Shown here one piece after another: positions 9,946 to 19,644 of a DNA stretch of 64,000 nucleotides. Within the stretch, counting starts at the first letter, position 1. Each line of letters opens with the position of its first letter. Location: IMG/VR virus record IMGVR_UViG_3300027782_000027, positions 124,001 through 188,000 of that record; one strand, written 5' to 3'. Under the pieces are notes generated by a model. It did not search any database. It saw only the letters and a list, made by a program, of their open reading frames with translations, and had not been told where the DNA came from. A program made the position numbers and the translations under genes.

Positions 9946-10938
9946 ATGGCAATAAAGAAAAAAGAATTCTCATTAGATGCAATCAAAGACAAATATTCCA
10001 CCAAGACAAAATATAAAGAAACAGACTTTTATGAGGTCGGTGAAGCTTTCCATAATAGTTGCGGTTTACCTGGTCCTGCTTTGGGTAACATCAACATGTT
10101 CTTGGGTCACTCAAACTCTTCAAAAACGACCGCGCTTGTCAAAGCCGCTGTGTCTGTACAGAAGAAGGGGCATTTGCCTGTTTTTATTATCACCGAGAAA
10201 AAATGGAGTTGGGACCACGCAGTAGAACTTGGTCTTGAAGCTAAAATGGTTGATGGTGAATGGGATGGTCAGTTTATCTTTAATGATAACTTTGACTATA
10301 TTGAACAAGTTACCGATTACATTAACGAACTATTAGACGAACAAGAAAAAGGTAATATTCCTTATTCTCTTTGTTTCCTTTGGGATTCAGTTGGTTCAGT
10401 TCCTTGTAAGATGACCTTTGACGGTAAGGGTGGAAAACAACATAACGCATCTGTATTGGCGGATAAGATTGGTATGGGTATTCAAGCTCGTATTACCAAA
10501 TCTCGTAAAGAAGATTTCCCATATACAAACACGATGGTAGTAGTTAATCAACCTTGGGTTGAATTACCTGATAATCCATTTGGACAACCAACAATTAAAG
10601 CAAAAGGTGGTGAAGCTCTTTGGTTGGCATCAGCTCTTGTATTTTTGTTTGGTAATCAGAAAAACGCTGGTATTAACCACATTACAGCAACTAAAAATGG
10701 TAGAACGGTATCTTACGCTATCAGAACAAAAATATCTGTCCTAAAGAATCATATCAATGGATTAGGATATAAAGATGGTAAGATTATCGCAACTGCTCAA
10801 GGATATATTGCTGACGATAAAGACGCTCTTGAAACATACAAAAAAGAGTATTCACAATATTGGAATGCAATACTTACAGGGACCGGTGAAATAACTCTTG
10901 ACGAGACTGAAGAAACTTTTACAAACGAACAATTTTAA
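9946..10938 (+). CDS. uvsX: RecA/UvsX-like recombinase
   Basis: P-loop GHSNSSKTT, FIITE, Walker B LWDSVGSV, VVVNQ and KGGEAL, in RecA-fold motif order. Confidence 0.8.
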   Translation: MAIKKKEFSLDAIKDKYSTKTKYKETDFYEVGEAFHNSCGLPGPALGNINMFLGHSNSSKTTALVKAAVSVQKKGHLPVFIITEKKWSWDHAVELGLEAKMVDGEWDGQFIFNDNFDYIEQVTDYINELLDEQEKGNIPYSLCFLWDSVGSVPCKMTFDGKGGKQHNASVLADKIGMGIQARITKSRKEDFPYTNTMVVVNQPWVELPDNPFGQPTIKAKGGEALWLASALVFLFGNQKNAGINHITATKNGRTVSYAIRTKISVLKNHINGLGYKDGKIIATAQGYIADDKDALETYKKEYSQYWNAILTGTGEITLDETEETFTNEQF

Positions 10939-10947
10939 TTTTAGTTC

Positions 10948-11952
10948 GTGAAAAAAACACTACTTATTGACGGAAACAATCTGATGAAAATTGGGTTTCA
11001 TGGTGTGAAGGATTACTTCCACAATGGAGAACACATTGGGGCTTTGTATCATTTTATGAATACACTTCGTAAATTTATTAACGAACAAAACTTTGACAAG
11101 GTAGTAGTATTTTGGGATGGTGAAGATTCCACGAGTTTACGTGGAATTCTTTACCCCAAATACAAACAAAACCGACGATTGGTTATGGAGGACGCTATCT
11201 TTATGTCCTACCTAAAACAAAAAAATCGTATCAAACAATATTTGGAAGAAGTCTATATAAGACAATTAGAGATTAGTGGAAGAGAGGCCGATGATTTAAT
11301 TGCTTATTATTGTCAAGTATCTGAAAATGAAGATAAATTAATTTTTTCATCAGACAGAGACTTAACACAACTTATTTCCGAAAATGTATCCATATACTCA
11401 CCATCAGTTAAAGCTACGTTTAAACACGGGGATAAGATTAAATTTGATGATTTTGAGTTCCCACACTATAACGTAAAAACATTAAAGATATTGACTGGTG
11501 ATAAATCAGATAATATTGAAGGTATCTATCTTTTGGGTGAAAAAACTTTAGTTAAATTTTTTCCTGAGATACTTGAAAAAGAAGTTTCTTATAACGATAT
11601 TTTAACAAGAGCTGAAGATTTGTTAAAAGAACAAAAAGACAATCAAACTCTAAAGAATCTTTTAACAGGTAAAACAAAATCAGGTATCTTTGAACAAGAA
11701 TTTTTCCAAGTTAATGAACAGATTGTTGACTTATCTAATCCTTTATTGAGGGATGAAGACAAAGAAGAAATACAATCAATTGTTACTGAAAAATTAGATA
11801 TTGAAGGTAGAAGTTACAAAAACTTAATTAAGTATATGGTTGAGGATGGGTTATTCAAATACCTACCAAAAGGTGACGACTCATGGACATACTTCATCCA
11901 ACCGTTCATGAAGTTAACAAGAAAAGAAAAAACAAAAACAAACAAAAAATAA
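10948..11952 (+). CDS. 5'-3' exonuclease / flap endonuclease (T4 RNase H / PolA N-terminal domain family)
   Basis: LLIDGNNL, VVFWDG, YPKYKQNR, EADDLIA, SSDRDLTQL and LTGDKSDNIEGI..LGEKT give the full FEN/5'-nuclease motif set. GTG start. Confidence 0.92.
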   Translation: MKKTLLIDGNNLMKIGFHGVKDYFHNGEHIGALYHFMNTLRKFINEQNFDKVVVFWDGEDSTSLRGILYPKYKQNRRLVMEDAIFMSYLKQKNRIKQYLEEVYIRQLEISGREADDLIAYYCQVSENEDKLIFSSDRDLTQLISENVSIYSPSVKATFKHGDKIKFDDFEFPHYNVKTLKILTGDKSDNIEGIYLLGEKTLVKFFPEILEKEVSYNDILTRAEDLLKEQKDNQTLKNLLTGKTKSGIFEQEFFQVNEQIVDLSNPLLRDEDKEEIQSIVTEKLDIEGRSYKNLIKYMVEDGLFKYLPKGDDSWTYFIQPFMKLTRKEKTKTNKK

Positions 11953-11960
11953 CATAAATT

Positions 11961-12413
11961 ATGAAAGAACAAGACATTACCAAACTGGAATTCTTGATGA
12001 CGGTAAATAACAATTTTATCGTACAACGTTTTTTTAACGTTAAAGGGTATAACCCAAAGGCTCACAACTCGGCTGAGTTGATTGATTTGATGGATGGTTT
12101 TATTTCAGAGTTGAAAGAAAATTTCAAAATGAAAACTGTAAACTATATGTTGGACAATCAATATCAGATTAGTGAAGACCCTGAGGTATTGAACACATCA
12201 TTCACTGATGGACCTGAGTCGTTTAACATCTATATCAAAAATGGTGATACGACAATGTGTCACTATACGTTTGATGCTAAACTTTATCCACCAAAGGTAA
12301 GATACACCGTAGACATACGCCCGTTCCTAAAAGGTATCCTTTTTGGTCTTACTGACGTGTTGTCATCTAGAAATTTAACACACGAATACATGGGTTATCA
12401 GCTGGCTCGTTGA
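11961..12413 (+). CDS. Hypothetical protein, 150 aa
   Basis: Clean ORF between the exonuclease and helicase genes. No recognised motif. Confidence 0.75.
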   Translation: MKEQDITKLEFLMTVNNNFIVQRFFNVKGYNPKAHNSAELIDLMDGFISELKENFKMKTVNYMLDNQYQISEDPEVLNTSFTDGPESFNIYIKNGDTTMCHYTFDAKLYPPKVRYTVDIRPFLKGILFGLTDVLSSRNLTHEYMGYQLAR

Positions 12414-12438
12414 TATTTATTCTAAAAACAAACATAAT

Positions 12439-13809
12439 ATGGCTGACAAAAATTTTGACTATTTGGGAGAGACCTTCCAATTACAACTTCTTAATCAAAT
12501 GATACTTGATAAGGATTTTTCACACTCAATTATTGAGGTGATGGAATCTACTTATTTTGAAAACAAATACTTTAGATTATTTGTTCAGATGGTAAAAGAA
12601 TACTATTCAAAGTTTGAACACAGTCCTAGTTTTGAGACAATTCAACAAAAAGCTAAGAGTGAAATTAGTCAGGAGTTATTATTAAAGATAACTCTTGACA
12701 CTATTTCTGATATACAGAATGTTACCGAAGAGGGTACTCAGTTTGTTCAGGAAAAGGCATTGAAGTTTTGTAAACAACAAGAACTTCAAAAAGTTATGGA
12801 TAAAGCTAAGAAAATCATTGACCACGGTGAGTTTGAAAACTATGACACCTTGGAAGAAATGGTTAGAGGAGCTTTACAGGTTGGAAACGTGGATAGAGGA
12901 ACGGGAGATGTGTTTCAAGACTTAGATGAGGTATTGGCGGATGATTATAGACATCCAATCCCTATGGGAATACCGGGTATTGACAATCTTTTGAAAGGTG
13001 GTTTGGCAAAAGGAGAAATTGGTGTTATATTAGCACCCACAGGTGTTGGTAAGTCAACACTGACAACAAAGATTGCTAATCACGCTTTTAATTTAGGGTT
13101 TAATGTATTACAAATCTTCTTTGAGGATAACTATAAGATTATTCAGAGAAAACATTTTACATGTTGGACGGGTATAGCACCTGACGAACTTGGTAATCAT
13201 AAAGAAAAGGTGATGGCTAAAATCGCGGAGATTAAAGAAACAATGCCAAACAAGTTGATTATGAAAAAGTTACCTTCAGACACATTAACTATGAATCAGA
13301 TTAAGAATCAGATTAGAAAGTTGATTGCCGATGGGACAAGGATTGATGTTGTTATTTTGGATTATATTGATTGTGTAACACCTGAAAAGATGATGGACGA
13401 TGAGTGGAAATCTGAGGGTTCAGTGATGAGAGCGTTTGAATCTATGTGTCATGAATTGGATATTGCAGGTTGGACGGCAACACAGGGTAATAGAAGTTCT
13501 ATTTCATCTGACGTAGTAACAACTGACCAAATGGGTGGTTCTATTAAGAAAGCTCAGGTAGGACACGTTATCATTACGGTGGCAAAATCATTACAACAAA
13601 AAGAATTAAATCTTGCAACTATTGCTATCACAAAGTCAAGAATTGGTAAAGACGGGGTAGTATTTGAAAACTGTAAATTTAATAACGAAATGTTAGAAAT
13701 TGATACAGAAAGTACCACAACATTCTTAGGACTTGAAGAACAGAAGGAAGAAAGAAATAGAAGTAGAATTAAAGAAATTATGGAGAAAAGAAAACAAACA
13801 ACAGTATAA
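12439..13809 (+). CDS. DnaB-like (T4 gp41-type) replicative helicase
   Basis: IPMGIPGIDNLLKGGL, Walker A APTGVGKS, Walker B VILDYID, WTATQGNR and KSR (SF4 helicase motifs). Confidence 0.9.
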   Translation: MADKNFDYLGETFQLQLLNQMILDKDFSHSIIEVMESTYFENKYFRLFVQMVKEYYSKFEHSPSFETIQQKAKSEISQELLLKITLDTISDIQNVTEEGTQFVQEKALKFCKQQELQKVMDKAKKIIDHGEFENYDTLEEMVRGALQVGNVDRGTGDVFQDLDEVLADDYRHPIPMGIPGIDNLLKGGLAKGEIGVILAPTGVGKSTLTTKIANHAFNLGFNVLQIFFEDNYKIIQRKHFTCWTGIAPDELGNHKEKVMAKIAEIKETMPNKLIMKKLPSDTLTMNQIKNQIRKLIADGTRIDVVILDYIDCVTPEKMMDDEWKSEGSVMRAFESMCHELDIAGWTATQGNRSSISSDVVTTDQMGGSIKKAQVGHVIITVAKSLQQKELNLATIAITKSRIGKDGVVFENCKFNNEMLEIDTESTTTFLGLEEQKEERNRSRIKEIMEKRKQTTV

Positions 13810-13822
13810 TTATTAAAACAAT

Positions 13823-14782
13823 ATGGAACAAAAAATGGAAAAAATTTTAACGGAAAATCCAAATCGTTTTGTGATATTCCCAATCAAGTACAACGATATT
13901 TGGGAATATTATAAGATGCATCAAGCTGCGTTTTGGACCGCAGAAGAAATAGATTTAAGCGGTGATTTACGTGATTGGGAAAACTTATCAGAGAATGAAC
14001 AGTATTTTGTAAAAAATATTTTATCGTTTTTTGCTGCGTCGGATGGTATCGTAAATGAAAACTTAGCTGAGAATTTCTACAGAGAAGTACAATACCCTGA
14101 GGCAAAATTCTTTTATGGAATTCAGTTGGCTATGGAAAACATTCATAGTCTAATGTACTCACTTCTTATTGATACTTACGTGTCAAATGAAGATGAGAAA
14201 AACAAGTGTTTTACCGCTTTAGATAACCTACCAGCAGTTCAAAAGAAAGCTAAATGGGCTTTGGATTGGATTGAAAACGCATCGTTCCAAGAAAGATTGG
14301 TAGCGTTTGCAGCAGTTGAGGGTATCTTCTTTTCAGGTTCATTCTGTTCTATTTTTTGGTTGAAATCAAGAGGTATTATGCAAGGATTGTGTAATGCTAA
14401 CGCATTGATTTTCAAGGATGAAAACTTACATTGTGACTTCGCAATTCATTTATTAAACAATCACGTTGAAAACAAACCAAGTGAAAAAAGAATTAAAGAA
14501 ATTCTACTTTCAGCTCTTGAAATTGAAAAAGAATTTATCACTGAATCACTACCAGTTTCACTTATTGGTATGAATTCAAATTTAATGAAACAATATCTTG
14601 AGTTTGTTGTTGATGGATTATTGTTAAAGTTTGGATGTAAAAAACAATTTAATGTTGAGCAACCGTTCAAATTCATGGAACAAATCGCAGTTGAAACAAA
14701 AGGTAACTTCTTTGAGTCAAGAACTGTTGAATACCAAAAGGCTAAATTAAATGAAACTTTGTCCTTTACAGACGATTTCTAA
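13823..14782 (+). CDS. nrdB: Ribonucleotide reductase class Ia, beta subunit
   Basis: [30 protein letters not shown] (radical Tyr), [19 protein letters not shown]. The start may be 13835. Confidence 0.97.
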   Translation: MEQKMEKILTENPNRFVIFPIKYNDIWEYYKMHQAAFWTAEEIDLSGDLRDWENLSENEQYFVKNILSFFAASDGIVNENLAENFYREVQYPEAKFFYGIQLAMENIHSLMYSLLIDTYVSNEDEKNKCFTALDNLPAVQKKAKWALDWIENASFQERLVAFAAVEGIFFSGSFCSIFWLKSRGIMQGLCNANALIFKDENLHCDFAIHLLNNHVENKPSEKRIKEILLSALEIEKEFITESLPVSLIGMNSNLMKQYLEFVVDGLLLKFGCKKQFNVEQPFKFMEQIAVETKGNFFESRTVEYQKAKLNETLSFTDDF

Positions 14783-14802
14783 TTTATTACTTATATAGAA
14801 CT

Positions 14803-17235
14803 ATGATGTCACTTAAAATTAAAAAAAGAAGTGGAGATGATTCGTCATTTAATCCACAGAAAATTTATAACCGTATTAAAAGAGCTTCAAAGGGGTTGAG
14901 TGTCAACTCCGATGAAATCTTTATTAAGGTTATCACTTCAGTACCAACTGAAGGTATTATTACAACAAAAGAATTAGATAAGTTAATTTATGAAATTGCT
15001 GCGGCATTTACAGGTAGTCATCACGATTACTCAAGATTAGCTTCTTCAGTTGCTATTTCATCTTACCATAAGGAAACTGACCCAAGTTTTTCAAACACAA
15101 TGCATTTGTTACATGGTGAAGGGATTATCAATGAAAAATTAATGGAGACTATTGAAAAATACGGTTCTTCTAAAATTGATGAGGTTATTAATCACGATAA
15201 CGATTATAACTTTGATTACTTTGCTTGGAGGTCACTTGCTGAAATGTATCTTTTGAAGTTATCAGAAGGTAAAGTAGTTGAACGTCCACAACACATGTAT
15301 ATGAGAGTGGCTCTTTGGGTAACAAATACATTTGAGGAGGCGGTTGAATATTACCAAGCGTTATCAACACAAAGAATATCACCGGCAACACCAATTATGA
15401 TAAATGCCGGAACTAAAGTTCCGCAACTTGCTTCTTGTGTTCTTCATTACAATGATTCGGATTCTCGTGAAGGTTTGTTAAACACCATGAGAGATATCTC
15501 AACCTACTCATCTGATGCTGCGGGTATCGGACTATCAATGTCTAACATTCGTAGTAAGGAGAGTCGTATTTCATCTTCAGGTGGACATGCTGGTGGACTA
15601 TTAAAATATTTGAAGATTGTAAACGAGTCACTTCGTTTCTTTAACCAACAAGGACGTAGACCTGGTTCTGCGGCAATTTACTTGGAACCTTGGCATAAAG
15701 ATATCTTTGACCTATTGGAAATTAAAAAGAACACAGGTGCTGAGGAATTGAGGGCTCGTGATTTGTTCACAGCACTTTGGATTCCTGATAACTTTATGAA
15801 TGCGGTTAAGAATAACGACGATTGGTATTTGTTCTGTCCTAACGATATTATTAAATCGGGTATTAAACCATTACAAGAAAGTTACGGTGATGAATATGAA
15901 GAGAATTATAAATTAGCGGTAAGTATGGGTCTTGGTAAGAAAGTTAAGGCTCAAGAAATTTGGAATAAGATTATTGAATCACAAGTTGAAACAGGGGTTC
16001 CATACTTATGTTCTAAAGATAGTGCTAACAGAAAGACAAACCATCAGAACATTGGTGTAATCAAACAATCAAATCTTTGTAATGAAATTTATCAATACAC
16101 TGACGAGAATATAACTGCAATCTGTACTCTTTCATCTATGGTATTAAAGAACTATGTAAAAGATGGTGAGTTTGATTTTCAGGGGTTATATGAAGAAACA
16201 CGTAAGGTTGTAAGAGCGTTAAACAAAGTTGTTAACATCAACAACTACTCAACTGAAAAAGGACGTAAGGGTGGACTATACCAAAGAGCAATTGCTATTG
16301 GAACACAAGGACTTGCTGACGTATTTTATTTGATGGATTATATTTTCACATCTGATGAAGCTCGTAAATTGAATAAAGAGATTTTTGAAACAATTTATTT
16401 CGCAGCAATCACTGAAAGTAACAGATTGTGTATGGATGGTAAGTATGAACCGTATGCTTACTTTAAAGGGTCTCCAATGTCACAAGGAGTATTTCAATTT
16501 GATATGTGGGGATTAAACGAAGATGAGTTATCAAAAAGATGGCCTTGGGGGATTCTTAAACAGAATGTTAGTAAGTACGGAATTTGTAACTCATTATTCA
16601 CAGCTCAAATGCCTGTGGCATCTTCAGCTAAGATTACAGGTTCATATGAAATGACAGAACCCGCTCACTCAGCAATCTTTAATAGACGTGTAGTTGGTGG
16701 GGAGATTATGATTGTTAACAAGTATTTGATTAGTGATTTTGAAAAGATTGGGATTTGGTCTGAGGACTTAAAGAATGAAATTATCATGAACGAAGGGTCA
16801 ATTCAAAACATTAATTTCAATAACTACCTTGACCAAGAAGATAAGAGATATAACTTCAAAGTTAAAAGAACTGAACACTTAATTAAGAAATACAAAACAA
16901 TTTGGGAGATTTCACAAAGAGAATTGATTGAGATGGCCGCTGACAGAGCACCATTTATTGACCAATCACAATCAATGAATATCTACATGTCAAACCCAAC
17001 ATTGTCAAAAATTTCATCTTCACATTTCTACGGATGGGAAAAAGGATTGAAAACACTTTGTTATTACGTTAGAACAAGAGCAATCTCAACGGGAGCTAAA
17101 CACTTGGCTATGGACGTATCAAAAATTAACAAACCAAAACCAACACCTGAACCACCAAAGGTTGATTACAGTTATATGAATCTACCTGACAAACCTGAAA
17201 ATAGTGAATTTGATTGTTTTGGGTGTTCTTCTTAA
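14803..17235 (+). CDS. nrdA: Ribonucleotide reductase class Ia, alpha subunit with N-terminal ATP cone
   Basis: ATP-cone-like N-terminus (IKKRSG...FNPQKI), ERPQHMYMRVA, QLASC, SNLCNEI, KTLCYYVR, and C-terminal redox pair CFGCSS. Confidence 0.97.
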   Translation: MMSLKIKKRSGDDSSFNPQKIYNRIKRASKGLSVNSDEIFIKVITSVPTEGIITTKELDKLIYEIAAAFTGSHHDYSRLASSVAISSYHKETDPSFSNTMHLLHGEGIINEKLMETIEKYGSSKIDEVINHDNDYNFDYFAWRSLAEMYLLKLSEGKVVERPQHMYMRVALWVTNTFEEAVEYYQALSTQRISPATPIMINAGTKVPQLASCVLHYNDSDSREGLLNTMRDISTYSSDAAGIGLSMSNIRSKESRISSSGGHAGGLLKYLKIVNESLRFFNQQGRRPGSAAIYLEPWHKDIFDLLEIKKNTGAEELRARDLFTALWIPDNFMNAVKNNDDWYLFCPNDIIKSGIKPLQESYGDEYEENYKLAVSMGLGKKVKAQEIWNKIIESQVETGVPYLCSKDSANRKTNHQNIGVIKQSNLCNEIYQYTDENITAICTLSSMVLKNYVKDGEFDFQGLYEETRKVVRALNKVVNINNYSTEKGRKGGLYQRAIAIGTQGLADVFYLMDYIFTSDEARKLNKEIFETIYFAAITESNRLCMDGKYEPYAYFKGSPMSQGVFQFDMWGLNEDELSKRWPWGILKQNVSKYGICNSLFTAQMPVASSAKITGSYEMTEPAHSAIFNRRVVGGEIMIVNKYLISDFEKIGIWSEDLKNEIIMNEGSIQNINFNNYLDQEDKRYNFKVKRTEHLIKKYKTIWEISQRELIEMAADRAPFIDQSQSMNIYMSNPTLSKISSSHFYGWEKGLKTLCYYVRTRAISTGAKHLAMDVSKINKPKPTPEPPKVDYSYMNLPDKPENSEFDCFGCSS

Positions 17236-17251
17236 AAAAATCCGATGTGTT

Positions 17252-17275
17252 ATCCCGAGCTAGGTCGGGATTTTT
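17252..17275 (+). terminator. Intrinsic terminator after nrdA
   Basis: Stem ATCCCGA / TCGGGAT, 6-nt loop, followed by a T tract. Confidence 0.8.
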
Positions 17276-17297
17276 AATTTCATAGTATTTATGAAAT

Positions 17298-17756
17298 ATG
17301 GCTCAAGGTAAAACATACGGTATAACATTTCCATTTAGAGATTCTTTTGACGGTAAATATTTAGATTTAACTGACTTTGATGAAGATGAGGTTAAAACAG
17401 ATTTAGTTCATTTACTATTAACAAGAAAGGGAAGCAGATATTTTTTACCAAATTTTGGGACAAGATTATATGAATATATTTTTGAACCACTTGATGGTCC
17501 AACATTTAATGAGATTGAAACTGAAATAAAAGATTCTGTGACAGCGTATATTCCTAATCTTCAAATTACATCAGTTAAAGTTGAACCAATTATATCACCT
17601 GATGGACAATCGGATTTATCGACAACTTTTCCTGGAACAGGTGAAATAACTTTACCTGATTTAGCAATTAATGAACACACTGCAAAAGTGACAATAAATT
17701 ATAATATTACGAGTGGAGTATTTAATACTTCTGACTTTATAATTATTAATATATAA
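17298..17756 (+). CDS. T4 gp25-like baseplate wedge protein (GPW/gp25 family)
   Basis: GITFPF...LLLTRKGSRYFLPNFGTRLYEYIFEP is the gp25 signature. Confidence 0.92.
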   Translation: MAQGKTYGITFPFRDSFDGKYLDLTDFDEDEVKTDLVHLLLTRKGSRYFLPNFGTRLYEYIFEPLDGPTFNEIETEIKDSVTAYIPNLQITSVKVEPIISPDGQSDLSTTFPGTGEITLPDLAINEHTAKVTINYNITSGVFNTSDFIIINI

Positions 17757-17757
17757 C

Positions 17758-19593
17758 ATGGCTCAACAAATATCATATACCACAAGGGATTTCCAAGCAA
17801 TAAGATTAGAACTAATAAATTATGTTCAGACTTATTATCCTGATTTAATTCAAAATGTTAATGATGCTTCGGTATTTTCAGTATTCTTGGATTTAAACGC
17901 TGCGGTTACTGATAACTTAAATTTTAATATTGATAGAGCGTTACAAGAAACTGTTCTACAATACGCTCAAAAAGATATATCTGTTTATAACATTGCAAGA
18001 ACATACGGTTTGAAGATACCGGGATTAAGACCTTCGATTGCTCTTTGTGATTTTTCTATAATAGTTCCTGTTGATGGTGACTCTGAAAATTTACAATATT
18101 GTGGGGTTTTACGTAGAGGTAGTCAAGTATTGGGAGCGGGTCAAACTTTTGAAAGTTTATATGACATTGATTTTTCTTCAGAATATAATTCAGAAGGTTT
18201 TCCAAATAGATTAAAAATTCCAAATTTTAATGCTAACGGAAGTTTAGTGAATTATACTATTTTAAAAAGAGAACCTGTGGTAAACGGTGTAACTAGAGTA
18301 TTTAAAAAAGTTATATCACAAACAGACTCAAGACCATTTTTAGAAGTATTTTTACCTGAACAAAATGTCTTAGGTGTTACAAGTGTTCTTTTAAAGAACG
18401 GAAACAATTTTACAAATATTCCATCTGCTCAAGAATTTTTATCAACAGTTGATAGATGGTATGAAGTTCAAGCTTTAGCTGAGGATAGAATTTTTATACC
18501 TGACGTGACTAAAACATCAGATAATCCTGGTATTAAAGTTGGAAAATATTTACAAACAAATCAAAGATTTATTAGTGAATATACACCACAGGGGTTTCTT
18601 AAATTAACTTTTGGTGGTGGTAATCAATCTACCGATGAATTATTACGACAATATGCTTTAAATGGAATTACTTTAGATATCTCAAAATATCAAAATAATT
18701 TCTCTTTAGGTTCTACTTTAAAACCAACTACAACATTGTTTATTCAATATCGTGTTGGTGGTGGATTACAAAGTAATATAGGCGTAGGAGTTATGAATCA
18801 AATTGGAACAATTAATTTTTCTGTAAATGGACCTAACTCTCAACAGAATTTAAATACCATTAACTCTCTTCAGGTGAATAATGTTACTGCGGCAGTGGGA
18901 GGGGCGAATGCTCCAACAATCGAAGAAATTAGAAACTTAGTTGGATTTAACTTTGCTTCACAAAACAGAGCGGTAACTATTAATGATTACGAAGCAATTT
19001 TAAGAAAAATGCCTTCGATGTTCGGAGCTCCGGCAAAAGTTGCGATAACTGAAGAAGACAACAAAATCAAAATTAATATCTTATCTTACGACACCGAAGG
19101 TAATTTATCAAGTAATGTGTCAAATACATTACAAAGTAATATTGCTAATTACCTATCAAATTACAGAATGATAAATGATTACATTTTTGTAAATTCTGCT
19201 AATGTAATTGATTTGGCGTTTGATGTCTCAGTAGTATTAGATGCTAGTCAAAATCAGGGAACAGTTATTACAAACTTGGTTGAAAAGGTTCAAAACTATA
19301 TGAGTCCATTAACAAGAGAAATGGGTTCAAATGTCTACATATCAGAAATAAGAAGATTAGTACAAGAAGAAGTTGGTGTGATAACTGTGACAGATATTAA
19401 AGTTTATAATAAAGTAGGGGGGCAATATTCATCATCTCAAACTTCACAAAGATATTCAAATAGTGATACTAAACAAATTGAACTTATTGATGATACAATA
19501 TTTGCAGAACCGACACAAATTTATGATGTAAGATATCCTAATAAAGATATTCGAATCATAGTAAAGAACTTAACTGCTGTTAACTTTAGCTAA
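17758..19593 (+). CDS. T4 gp6-like / baseplate J-like wedge protein
   Basis: RDFQAIRLEL, IARTYG, LTFGGG, YRVGGG, GGANAPTIEEIR...QNRAVTINDY. It follows gp25. Confidence 0.88.
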   Translation: MAQQISYTTRDFQAIRLELINYVQTYYPDLIQNVNDASVFSVFLDLNAAVTDNLNFNIDRALQETVLQYAQKDISVYNIARTYGLKIPGLRPSIALCDFSIIVPVDGDSENLQYCGVLRRGSQVLGAGQTFESLYDIDFSSEYNSEGFPNRLKIPNFNANGSLVNYTILKREPVVNGVTRVFKKVISQTDSRPFLEVFLPEQNVLGVTSVLLKNGNNFTNIPSAQEFLSTVDRWYEVQALAEDRIFIPDVTKTSDNPGIKVGKYLQTNQRFISEYTPQGFLKLTFGGGNQSTDELLRQYALNGITLDISKYQNNFSLGSTLKPTTTLFIQYRVGGGLQSNIGVGVMNQIGTINFSVNGPNSQQNLNTINSLQVNNVTAAVGGANAPTIEEIRNLVGFNFASQNRAVTINDYEAILRKMPSMFGAPAKVAITEEDNKIKINILSYDTEGNLSSNVSNTLQSNIANYLSNYRMINDYIFVNSANVIDLAFDVSVVLDASQNQGTVITNLVEKVQNYMSPLTREMGSNVYISEIRRLVQEEVGVITVTDIKVYNKVGGQYSSSQTSQRYSNSDTKQIELIDDTIFAEPTQIYDVRYPNKDIRIIVKNLTAVNFS

Positions 19594-19644
19594 CATCCTT
19601 TATTTTTATAAAAGTGTGTTTAAAATATTTATTTAAAAACACAC

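Noticed and set aside
13823-17235. Eukaryote-like RNR suggesting a eukaryotic giant virus
   Set aside because: Similar class Ia RNRs occur in bacteria and phages. The gp25, gp6, gp32 and UvsX genes, overlapping operons and intrinsic terminators indicate a tailed phage.
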